Part shown: positions 12,812-24,032 of the stretch, piece after piece
How positions within the stretch are numbered: position 1 is the first letter of the stretch
Layout: each line of letters opens with the position of its first letter
NCBI GenBank assembly: GCA_000708835.1
Contig: DF236969.1
Location: 1-64,000 of the forward strand
Reading direction: 5' to 3'
DNA length: 64,000 nt
DNA from: Klebsormidium nitens
Lineage: Eukaryota > Plantae > Klebsormidiophyceae
The notes under the pieces: generated by a model
The model's input: only the letters and a program-made list of their open reading frames with translations
The model's database searches: none
What the model was told of the DNA's origin: nothing
Position numbers and translations under genes: made by a program

Positions 12812-13594
12812 TCTAGTTATGGAGTTTTTTTTTGTCTGACCAACTCTGGTTTCAGGGGTCACTCTGGATAAAGAGCCTGGTCGAGCTTAGAATCTTCTCC
12901 GCTACGGCAGATAACCAACAAAAGGTCATGCCCCCCCCTTTGCGGATGCAGTTTTAAACCTATCCTTAGAACCACCTTGTGACAAGCCCTTGAGAGATGT
13001 CGTATTGCGATGTGACGTCAAAGGGAATGAGCTGAAATGCTGCTATTCAAAAAGACAGGAAACTTGCTGCTGCTGGTACAGATTCGCGAATGTAACTAGA
13101 TTCACGAGGCCGATATTTTTCAATGTGCGATTCCTAAAGGAGACGCTGTCAGATTTTCTTGCAAGATGACGGCAACTAAAAGCAAACCCGCTCAAAAAGA
13201 TTTTTCCAACAGGAGAGCCAGCTCTCTTGAGTTACATTCTACAGCTGCATGCCTGGATATCCTGGGAGGTTTGGCAGAGTTCCTCCGACATCAAAAAGCA
13301 AGCACTCTTCTTTGACAATGCTACGACCTGCAGAACCAAGTTCCTTTCGATAAGGAAGGTGGGTCTTGCCGCCCTTCCCTCCAGACGTGGTCCCCTTTCT
13401 GTTGAAGCTCCACAGAGCTTTCCTGTACATCGTCTGTAGGAATTCCTAGGGTGCAAGACTCAAGCAATGATTTGGGGCAAACAAACTGTGCACATGAAAC
13501 ATGCTTTGATAAAGGCTCCTCCTCTCCTCTGAAGCCCCTGACCTGCCCTGACCCTACCATCGGGTTCCAGATGCTCCGATTGCATGGCTCCTAA

Positions 13595-14057
13595 TAGCCT
13601 ATTCAGACCAAAATCGGGGTCTCGGTGTCCAGAACGGGGTTTTGGTGACGTTTGTCAAATCCGAAAACTGCAGGGTTTCAATAACCCCGCACCCCTATCC
13701 AGACCGCATCGGGTCCCGGGTTCCGGATGTGGGATGTTGTACGTCAGCTTTCCTCACTCATATGTACTGATTTGCGTACACCGCGTGTACAAATTGTGAA
13801 AAGACCGCTCGATCGGCAACTTGCCGCCTTCATCGTTCCCCCCGTGCGTCAGCGAAACCCCTTTTCGCAATCGACATTCTGCCAAAGGGCCAGGGTGCAG
13901 ATTTTTGCAAATTTTGGACATCCGGGATGTGCCCGACGTCAGCAGAGACTCGGTCGGTCTGAATAGCTCAAACCGGATGTCGGATGTCAATTTCGAGACC
14001 CCGGGTGCGCGATTTGCCTGAGAAACCCCACATCCCGATTTTGGTCTGAATAGGCCC
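13595..14057. mobile_element. PIF/Harbinger (Tourist-like) MITE, ~463 bp
   Basis: 22-bp perfect inverted repeat GCCTATTCAGACCAAAATCGGG (13597-13618 / 14034-14055); right end reads GGGCC-type; TAA on both flanks (13592-94, 14058-60); no long ORF. Confidence 0.8.
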
Positions 14058-14066
14058 TAAGTTATA

Positions 14067-14587
14067 GGAGGACTTGTCCCTATTATCGGCCCGGCCCTAT
14101 TACCGGCCCCCCTATGTTGTAAGGTCAGAACTTATACGAAACTTAACCAAATTGAACTGGGTTTTTTGCCAGAGTTTGGCCTTGATGCCTCCTGGCTACA
14201 TACCAACTTTGGTCGCCATCCGCTACTGTTTTAGCCTAGCGCGAGATAGGCTCAAGGGGGGCCGGAACTGGGCCGGAACAGCGACCGAAACCTCCAGCCG
14301 AGTTCCAGTCCGACCGAGTTTCGATCGATCGAGTCTCAATTTAACATCTACTTCGAGGGGGCCGGTAATAGGAACACCGGAATTTTCGACTTCGCCCGCG
14401 CGGAACAACGTAAGACCTTATATCTAGCTTAAAATTGAGAATTTTTGTATCTGAGACCTTTATATGGTTGGAAAGCTCTTTCGACCAGCTTTCTTTTAGT
14501 ACATAACATGCCACACTGAAAACCACACGAACATCAAGTTATGCGTGCCAAAGTACGAAGGGGGCCGATAATAGGGACAAGTCCTCC
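14067..14587. mobile_element. TA-flanked MITE (Tc1/mariner-like target site), ~521 bp
   Basis: 26-bp perfect TIR GGAGGACTTGTCCCTATTATCGGCCC at both ends, flanked by TA (14065-66, 14588-89); non-coding. Confidence 0.8.
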
Positions 14588-14744
14588 TAGCCGTCCGATT
14601 GTCAAAATTGAAAACATCGGACGAATTAAGGGTGTCGGAAATTGGAACGCTCAGGATGTTATATAAGCGCCAAAAAATCTACCATATCCTTATAGGCTAC
14701 CTCGACGCCTGGCGTTTCTAGCGAGTTAGTATTGTTTATGCTGG

Positions 14745-14925
14745 TCAGGCTGATGATAGGCTGGTTAGCATAGCTGGTTAGATTGGTCAGGCTGGCTTGG
14801 TTGGTCGGGCGGGTATAGAATAGTAGGCTGGCTAGGTTGGGTTGGCTTGGATGGTTAAGCTGGCTTGGCTGGTTAAGCGGGCTTGGTTGGGTTTGGATAG
14901 GGTTAGGGTGGTTTGGCTGGGTTGT
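14745..14925 (+). repeat. Degenerate GGYTG/GGTTA pentamer low-complexity tract
   Basis: Repeated ggctg, ggttg, ggtta, gcttg units on one strand; includes gggttagggt. Confidence 0.7.
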
Positions 14926-15686
14926 GCTCCGTAAGTAATATTCGGATATATATGCATATATTCAATTCATTACTGTCAGCGTATTGTGCCAACGTCACTT
15001 TGACGTCATACGGCAGCTTACGGTACCGCCAAGTAGAAACCGTCAGTGAGATCTGACGTCCGACGACTCTCCACCACCCAAAGTACTCTCGATCACTTTC
15101 GCGGCAACACAGTTTTTAGTCGCGACTTCGGCGACGATTCTCGGAGCACAAAAATGGGCAGATACAATTTCAAAGGTCTTGCTCGGAGAAATTGGAACCT
15201 GATGGCAGGTTTGAAGGAAAGCAGCTGTACGGAGCTGCGGAGGTACCAGGTATTCCAGGTATTCCAGGAGGTATTCCAGGTAACGGCTGGCCGCTGCACC
15301 AAAATTCCCAAGCAACTTCGGAGCAGATCCAGTTTCCTTGAAACCGGTTTCTTTGGATGACACGTGTAATGTTTCATTTTGTTGGCCAATCATCGACTCA
15401 AGGGGCTAGAGACACCTTCCTAGCAGCTGCAGCATTCTTCTCAGCATTGCACGCAAGCTCAGCTGACGTCCTCACAGATCCTCGGGCAGGGCGAAGCATC
15501 CTCTAACAGGCTGTAAGACGTCAACGCTAGTATCTATTACACACGCCCCTTCTTTGACCAGGCGTCATGCTTTCTCAGCCCTGAAGCAGCGCACTTGGTA
15601 GGAATTGAGCTGGCAATTGACCAACTCTGCGGCAGCTTTTAGGGCGGTAGACAAAAGGCGTGTGGTGCATCCCTGCCACATTCGAC

Positions 15687-18600
15687 ATGATTAGTCAAGC
15701 TAAGTCGTTGGGAGCTTTTCAATGGTCTGTACCACCTTTAGATCAGAACCTGGGGAAAGCTTCTTCATCCTGTGCACAGCAGAAGGTCCTGCAGGCAGCT
15801 ACACAGCATTCAAGACGTTTGACCAGATATCTATATTACATTGAGAAGCAAACTTTTGTGAGAGCTTCGTCCTCTGAAGGGTCAGCATCACGCCAGCCTG
15901 CTTCCATCGAGTCGACTAAGAAGCAAGGGTGGCGATTGCCGATAAGCATAGATTTCCTGAAAGGTGGACTCATGGAAGAGAAGAAGGGGGACAAGAATCT
16001 TCCGCCAATTGTACAAGCGGGCGACCCCGTACTGCACGAGCCAGCTCAAGGCAAGTCCACAGCTTCTAAGCAGACTCAAAAGACTGAGGCGATCACGTTT
16101 GTTTCATCCTCCACCTGAGGCTAGCATGTGGGTGTTGTAAAACAAAAAAGCATTCTCCTCAGGGATCCATGCAGTTGAATAGAGAACACTAGACTGACCA
16201 GTTTGTCAGATTCCAGCTAATTGGTCCCCCTAACAAAGGCTCTACCCAGTTCCTGTAGTGTAGCTGCTTCCCTACTCTGCCCGTTCGTAGCTACAATCTG
16301 CCCATTTGCAGATACAACCTTAGGAAACCTCCTAGCAGCGCAAGCAACCCAACAACAACATCACACCTGTTTCAGGGAGTGCTTCAGAGTGTCTTTCTTG
16401 ACATCCAACTCATAAGCCTTCTCGTAACATACAGACTTTCACACTAACCAATTTGCCGGGATTGAAGAGGCGCCTGTTTATCCAATCTGAAACCTATGTC
16501 TCTCTGCTGCAGCTGTTGAAAGCTCTGAGATAGGGACGCCAGAACTAGAGCGGATCATTGATCAGATGGTTGACGTCATGAGGGCTGCCCCTGGCGTTGG
16601 CTTGGCAGCGCCTCAAATTGGCATCAACAAGCAGGTCAGCCTGTACTTCACAAGCGCAACTTCCAGAATAGGGAACTCGAGTCCATCTTTCTATGGCAGT
16701 CGTGTACTTATGTTCCTTTCTGAGCCCCCAAGATATTTGGGCGTTGAATTACTTTGAAAATAGTATCAGTGCATCCAGTCTTCTGCGACTCCAGATTGCA
16801 GATTCGAATTCCCTTTGCCCATGTTGCCATAGTACCGACCACACGTATGGGCCTTTAAGAGAAAAGCAGAAGCTGCATGTGGTGATGCGCTTTGCCATTC
16901 TGTTCAACGGTTCACTTGATATCTGAGGGTTTTGTTCCTTCAAGAGACTGACGCAGCGTCATGCCGAGTGACAATCTCTTCACTAGGAAGTATGTAGTAT
17001 CAACAGCCAAGCAGCTCCTTTGGATGCGCGCATCTCGACACAACATTAAGGACTGGCCCAGCTTGGAAGATGCAGCCCTTGTTATGCTCCTCTTCCGCTC
17101 TTCAACCGCAAAGTTCTCTCCTCAACCGTAGGCTATAACGCTTGTGAAATTCTGCATCTCTGGACGTCTGAATTAGCGGGTTCTCTTACTTTTGCAGATT
17201 ATCGTTCTTGATGACGGGCCCTAGTATGCGTCTCTGAATACGAACCTCAGTGAATCCTCTTCGTATTGCAGATCATCGTCCTTGAAGACAAGCCTGAGTA
17301 TATGACAAGAGTGGATCGGGATGAACTGCAAGACCAGGAGCGAGAACCGTTTGATCTACTTGTGAGTTCGCCAGAAAGCTCAATTGGGAGAGTGTGAAAC
17401 AGGAAAATCAATTTTGAGTTTGGTCGCTTCATCCTGAAATAAGGTGCCCGACTGCGGTCAGTGAAAGCCACAGGCTCCTTAAACGGGTCTACCAAGAGAG
17501 GGGCAAAAATCTTGTAGCAGCGATGGATTATACTCGGCCCGTTTGAGACGGAGATGAAACCCTTAACCTGATTTACTCCAGAGAATTCTCATCTCCATGA
17601 AGGGTTGCCAGTGCTCAGCTCTTTTCGAAATTTGCACAATTGCGTCATCGTCGTCAAGACAATTTGGAGCAAAGAGATGAAAAAGCCTATAAAGCACTAC
17701 GGCTTCCCGGATAAAGAAATTGTGCTTACCAGGTCAAAGACTACCTTTTTACGTCGCCGTTTGTCTACGAGCAGGTTGTGATAAACCCCAAACTGAGCAA
17801 GAAGGGCCGCCGCACGGCCATATTCCTCGAGGGTTGCCTCAGGTGTGTCTCCCGAACCGCCGAACTTTTGACTCGTCTGCGCTGCAATTCTGGGGAGATC
17901 TCTTTGCAAAGACGTCTTGCCAAGGGGAGGTATCTAGCCGAACAAAGTACGCTGGCCAAAGTTCAGCTGGCAGAAAAATCAACGGTGAAGAGAGTGATAT
18001 GCGGTTGGAGATGAGAAAAGCTGAACAATCTGTGGCGTTGGGTTGTCATTCAACCATTTCGAACTGTCGGAATCTTCGATTCAGCGAGCCTGTTCGAGGC
18101 AAAGGGCTGGCACAGTCAGTCTCGTTCCTTGCTTGGCACGAATCCGCTCGTTTGGAAGGGCTGTCATAACATACCACTTTGGGACGATCAAAACCGCGAT
18201 AATATATCAGGCTTGTGCATTGAAAGAGAGCTCGGGGTTTGTCAGCAAGAGCACGCCAAGCCCTGTAGCATAAGCCGCGAGTGTTGACGCATGGTGAATT
18301 CTGTACTCGATCTTCATTTTGGTGCCCAGTTGGAAGTTGTGCGGTGGAAGTATATCGCAAGTTCTTGAAGAGCAATTCGATTCCCGCAAGATGCAGAGCG
18401 GTAGCAGCGACTCCCTACTTTTTGACTTGATTGTCGTCAACCCCGTGTTCACTTGGAAGTACTCGAAACCAATTGTCCAGTGACACTGACGTCTATGCGT
18501 TGACGTTACCTTCTCTTCAAAGCGAACGCCAGTTCTGAAGCCGACGACTGACGTACTCTTTCCTCCTGACAACCTGTCTGTTTCTTAAGGAGGTTAAACG

Positions 18601-18873
18601 TCTTCACTTTTGTCCGCCTGCAGTGTTGACGGGTACCGGGCCCTCGTGGAGCGGCACTTAGAGGTCGAAGTCACCGGGCTCGACCGAAACGGAGATGAGC
18701 TCACCGTTCAAGCCCGGGGCTGGCACGCGCGTATTTTCCAGCACGAGTGCGATCATCTGGCGGGTACTCTGTACGTCGATAAGATTGTGCCGCGGACGTT
18801 TCGTACAGTAGCTAACCTACGGCTTCCCTTCGCGTCCGGCGTCCCTCGACCAGGCCCGGTAAAGGACGACTAG
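15687..18873 (+). CDS. PDF1A: Peptide deformylase 1A (organellar); 5 exons
   Basis: Exons 15687-16050, 16513-16634, 17272-17361, 17775-17842, 18624-18873. Motifs [26 protein letters not shown] and QHECDHL; PDF1A-type tail [14 protein letters not shown]. Intron 1 is GC-AG. Confidence 0.95.
17185..17271 (+). repeat. Degenerate echo of the PDF1A exon 3 acceptor junction
   Basis: cagattatcgttcttgatgacgggccctagtat (17195) vs live cagatcatcgtccttgaagacaagcctgagtat (17269): 26/33 identical, 74 bp apart. Confidence 0.8.
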
Positions 18874-19985
18874 ATGATTCTGCGTGGTGTAGAATCGGAT
18901 GGTGATCTGGTGGGGCTTGGCCCCTGATGTATTCTTCAAGGGGCGGCTCGAATGCGGCCAACTATACGATCCCCGGGCAAAGGTTGAGACTATACTTCGC
19001 CGCTGTCACTGCAAGTACACCCGTATGAGTGTTTACGTGAGAATTAGTGCGAGTCCATGCGCAGCACCTGAAATGTCCCTTCACAGCATGCGCCAGACAT
19101 GCGCTATCATTCAGACGCGTAAGTTCGAACCATGCCGCCCAGCGCAACCCGCGAGTCGGATTCCTCCGGGCTCGTCCAGTACCAACTTACCGCTTATGGG
19201 CCACAGAGATGGCTAGCTCAGTTCCACCATCATTTTTGCATCTGGGCGGCCGGGCCTAGCTGTCACACACATGCGCTCAGTCTATACGGCCGATGAATGT
19301 TACCGATCCAAATGAGTTTGCCATGCCGCCGCAGGGACTTAAGCATTCGTCCATTCTTTGAGATCACATGACATGTGCTAAGACATGTGAGACTCATATG
19401 TTCGTTTGCCACTGCCAGCACATGAGGAAGCCACGGACTCGATCAAGAATTCAAACTGCATGCGCATAAATTGAGATGCCGCGTGTTGCAACACTGGAAC
19501 TCATAGCTTTTACAAACCGAAGTGCTATTGAAAGAAAAAAAGTCTTCGGTAGCCTGCAAATCATTAGATACAACTGACATTTAACCCATTGGATTGTATA
19601 ACTCAATTGATTAGTGTTCCTATATCAAATCTCTTCCTAGGAACCGTCCGCGGCCAGCACAATAGCTCTATGCAGCTCGCCTATACTCCCTGACAAGATG
19701 AGTTTGCCATTATAACACACCCCTACTTACTTAAGGCCCTCGACCGTACGGTGGTTCTTATATCAGGTAGACTTGACGGCATGACGGTTATCACAACGGC
19801 TAAATTTTTTGTCTATACAAGGGCCAACCCAGTGCTTGCCTCCTCAGAAACAGTCAATTTATGCTCAGTTATCTAGTCAACCGAAGCGTATTAACTTCTA
19901 TCAATGCAGAACGGACTTGGAAACCCGACTTGCTTTCCGCTGGCAGCCTGCGAGCAGTTCCGAAAACACAAAACGATCGCCCCCT

Positions 19986-22900
19986 TTATGACGCAAGGCC
20001 GAAATCCTTCCTCGCCTTGTCTAAGAAAAGGGTCTTGCTCTTGAGTGACGCCGGCACCCAGCCCGAAAACGTCAGCAACGGCGTCTGCATGATGCCGTCC
20101 TTCCTGCCGAGCGACACGAGCGCGACCGCGGTCGTCGTCTGCGCCTTGTAGGATTTCAGCCGCGTCGCGGCCGCGTTCTTGGCCAGGGTTTGGAGGTTCG
20201 CGGCGACGGTCGCGATGTGCGCGGTCAGGTAGTAGCCCTGCTTGGCCTCCGGGAGGGCGGTGACGTCACCGATGGCGAAAACTAGAGTGAGCGGAGAAAG
20301 AGAACTGTCAGCGATTGGGTTACAGCGAGAGAACGGAGATTCTTTACTTCTGAGTAGGAAGAGCCTTTCAAGCACGCGGGCAATTCATGTAGCTTGAAAA
20401 CTACGTTTCCATTGTTGAAAAATGATTGAAAGCAGCAAAGTCCGTGAGGCTGTACTCTGAAAGAGCGGCATCAGCAATCCGTGCTAGGACCTCGGATTGA
20501 TTCGAGAATTGAGCGGAGTTGGCTTTGGAGTTTGCTTGGAAAGGATACTGGACGCTTGTTGAAAACCTGATCACTGAGCTGAAGTTCTGATTCTTCCGAC
20601 GTGGGTTTCTATGTCGGACACGGCAGGCCCGTTCTGGATTCCGCTGTTTAGGTCGATTTGGAGTGGACGGGACGCAAGTTTCTACAAGATCAAAGGTCTG
20701 AAAGTCGCTGACATCTTTGAACCGGGATGTGTATCAAAAACACACCTGGCTTGAACTGCCGCGTGTTTTTATTAAGGTCACGGGCCGTTACGAATCTCAC
20801 ATTGAGAATGTCTGCGTGCGTGCGCGCTCAAGCGCTGGGACGTAGAGACAAAACGTTCAGCAGGATGCAACGGTCGGGTGCTTTTCTTCTGTGCAAGTGA
20901 AGGGTGAAGCGCGCGGACCAGATATGCCTTCGGACTTACACGCTCTCCTCTTTTCTCACTTCGGTTACTCTGGCTACTCCGTTTCATTTCAACAATTCTA
21001 GGCCGTCGGATTTCAAAGGGTTGCAGCGTGCACCCAAGAGAAGCGAGTATCGTATACACAGTTTCCTGTAAGAAATGACACTGCGAAAGGGTACACGGCT
21101 CCACACTTTCGAAGGGAAAGAGGAAGAATCAGACACAATCAAACTCACTGTTCCGTGTCCCCTCCACCAGTAGGCTGGGCTCCACTTTGACCCGCCCCTC
21201 CGCGTTCAGCGCGGTCGCGAAGTGCGCGCGCATGAAGGCGCTGTCGAAGCGCGCGCGCGTGGCGGCGAGGGTGTAGTCCGCCGTGATGGCGTATCCGGAA
21301 GTCGTGCGGAACTCGCGCGTGCTCGTGTTGCTCAAGTTAACCTGAGGTTGGAGACATATCGTCAAGCCGTGTCCGTATGAAGTTTTCGATCGCAAAGGTA
21401 TCAGGTGATGATGACAATCCGTTGGTATTTCTATGCTTGAATGGCACCCCAAGTTGGCTTTTGGTTTGTTTCTGAGGCTTGCGAGCCGCGTATTCTTCTC
21501 ACCAATTGTCCAGGCAAGCGACGCGGGAAAGGGCATGACTGAGACTTACATGCACAGGGACTCATCAAGCAGATTTTCGGCGCGTGCAAATGGTAGACAT
21601 GTCCATAGGAAAACCAATCAACACGAAAGAAGCTCCAGAGGTGCAAAAATAAGCGCAAGTGCAACTGTAAGCGAAGCGACAGCGAGACACGCACCCAACT
21701 CTTCCCTGGCAAACGGTGGCCCGTTGTCAACTAGAGGGCCCATTTGAGAAGCGAATGTTGGACGGCAAGCTGTAAGAAACGCTCTCGAACGGGTAAACAG
21801 CAAAACAAGGCGACCCCCTCACCTTGTCGTTGAGCAGAACGGTCGCCCCCCGCTTCACCAGAAAATCTTTTGCCTTGGCGGACGCCTTCTCGTTCATGAA
21901 AGGCACCAACCGCTCCCCCGCGTGGACCAACGTCAGCTTCTTGTCGGGATATGACGTTATGATCTCGGCGGCAATTTCGACACCGGTCGGGCCACCTGAC
22001 AGAAAAGACGATCGCTCGTGTTACTCAAGCTTTGGAGGTCTGAACATTAAGTCCATCAATTCTGCAATTCCACCCCTTTTCCAATAGTTTTATTTAGGAC
22101 TAGAGGAACGCCTGAAGGAAACCCAGAATCTACGACAACTCGGCCTTCATTGTGGAACTCCAAACGAGGGGCTATAGCCTCGCCCAGATCAGCAGGGTCT
22201 GAGCTACAGTCAAAAGTCTCGAGGAATGTTTCCATGCAAGAAAGACCCAAAGTTGTCGTTGGGCGAGCCAACTGAAAAGTATTGCCCGGACCAACGCATG
22301 GAAGCGGAAGCTTAACCCTCTAACGCCAATTATCGCAAGATAAGACGGTCCCAACGTAAAATTCTGCCTAAACCACAGTCCTCACCACCCGCAATGAGCA
22401 CGCTGTCAGCCGCCTTGATCCCCTCGTATTGCTCCCGATACCACTGCCGCTTTTCCTCGAGCGTCTTGGGCGTTCCGGCGAACGACGACCCAGAGGAAAC
22501 GATCAGGAAGTCGAACGGAATCCGTTCGCCGGAATCCGTCTCCACGTGGGTGGGGGCGACCGTCTCAGCGCGCCCGACGACGAGTTTGGTGCGCTTGAGG
22601 TACTCGGAGTGGAGGAACGTGCCCTGGGTGATGGCGTTCTCGTCGACGAAGAACCGCACGCTCCCGATGAGATATTCGAAGAACTCTTTCTCGTCGATCA
22701 GGGTGACGTCATAGGTGGACTCCTGGGGCAGAGAGTTGCAAATATGTGAGCTGATTTCAAAAACATAGGGAGTGAGATGATGGACAGAAAGGGAGCCAGA
22801 CAATTCCGATGAAAAATGAGATCGTTCATTCTTTTCTCTAGGACTTTGACGTCGTTATAGGCGGACTCCTTCAAGGAGAGAGGAGGTGAGTATGAGCGAA

Positions 22901-24032
22901 AGTGCCGGTGGAAAGAGATCAGGGACGGACACTGGAGTCTAGGTTCTCAGTTTTTGAAGCTGAAACCACGTTAGCTCTGAATGGCATGCGAAACAAACAT
23001 CAACCATACAGATCTTGGAGTCGACTTCTAACTTGATGCAATAACTTAAACCTGCTCTAAGCTCGACAAATGATCACTGATGGATCCAGACTATCAGCTT
23101 GGACAAAGCAAGCCATCCTCTCGTCAGCAGGGCACTCAAGCCTCCTTTATGTGCACAGTGGGATATTCATGACTACAAGATAAGGTCTCTGGAAGATGTC
23201 TGAATGGTTAACATTCTAATGCTAAGGCTAGAGTCACTTGCCCAGTTTCAAGAGAATCTTTGTGGGCTTTAAGAAAGTGCAGTGTGTAAGAGAACTGGTC
23301 ATCAATCACAGAACGAGTTGGATTGAACGAAGGTCAAGAGCAGAACTCGTGTCAAATGGTCTGGCCCCAAGTCAAGGAACCTATTTGAACGGTCAGCTAA
23401 AGGGCAGAACACTGGTAGAAGTCTTAAGCTTGGTACCAATCCCCTTTACCAACGGAAAACCAAAAGATGTTTTTAATGTGGGGTGCATTTCAACACAATA
23501 TCTTGAAAGAAGCAAGTGCTTATGGCCTGTGGCTTTACAACAGACCGGCCTTAGGATCAGGCTGGGTTTGGGACTTCTGAGAAGTGCAGATTTGTAAGCT
23601 GGCTCTACTACAAAGGTATCAGAACATCACCCAAGGCAACCGTTGAATTGCCCAGAAGAACACCCTTCAGTCCTTGCAAAACATGGATACAATACGCTTC
23701 TGCAATTGAAACTGTCTATCACCCTGCACAGAATGCAAGCAATCATTCGAACTTTCTGCTTTCGTTCTTCCAATCTGATGCAAGGGGATTGCTAAACTCG
23801 AGCTTTGCAGGGGTGCCCAGAGCTGCTGTCCAGAGTCCAGAGACAAGGAAAAGCTTGGCACACACTGTTTAAGAAGATTGTATTTGAAAGGTACCAAAAG
23901 TCACCTGATTCAAAATACAACGAGGCTGCAAATGAAGTGAGTGAAGAAATCAAGCATCTGACATACCAGCTTCTTGGCAGCTGCCGCCCCGCCGAGGCCC
24001 CCTCCAATGATGACCACTCTTGGGGCCGTCAT
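19986..24032 (-). CDS. AIFM2/FSP1-like FAD-dependent pyridine nucleotide oxidoreductase; 5 exons
   Basis: Exons 24032-23967, 22722-22386, 21995-21823, 21341-21149, 20281-19986. Motifs RVVIIGGGLGG, VTLIDEKEFFE, FDFLIVSSGS, VLIAGGGPTGVEIAAEI, LTLVHAGERL and IFAIGDV. Confidence 0.9.

Noticed and set aside
14590-14601. GCCGTCCGATT matching the inverted AATCGGACGGC at 52622 as a TIR pair
   Set aside because: Only 11 bp, 38 kb apart, with housekeeping genes between and no TSD.
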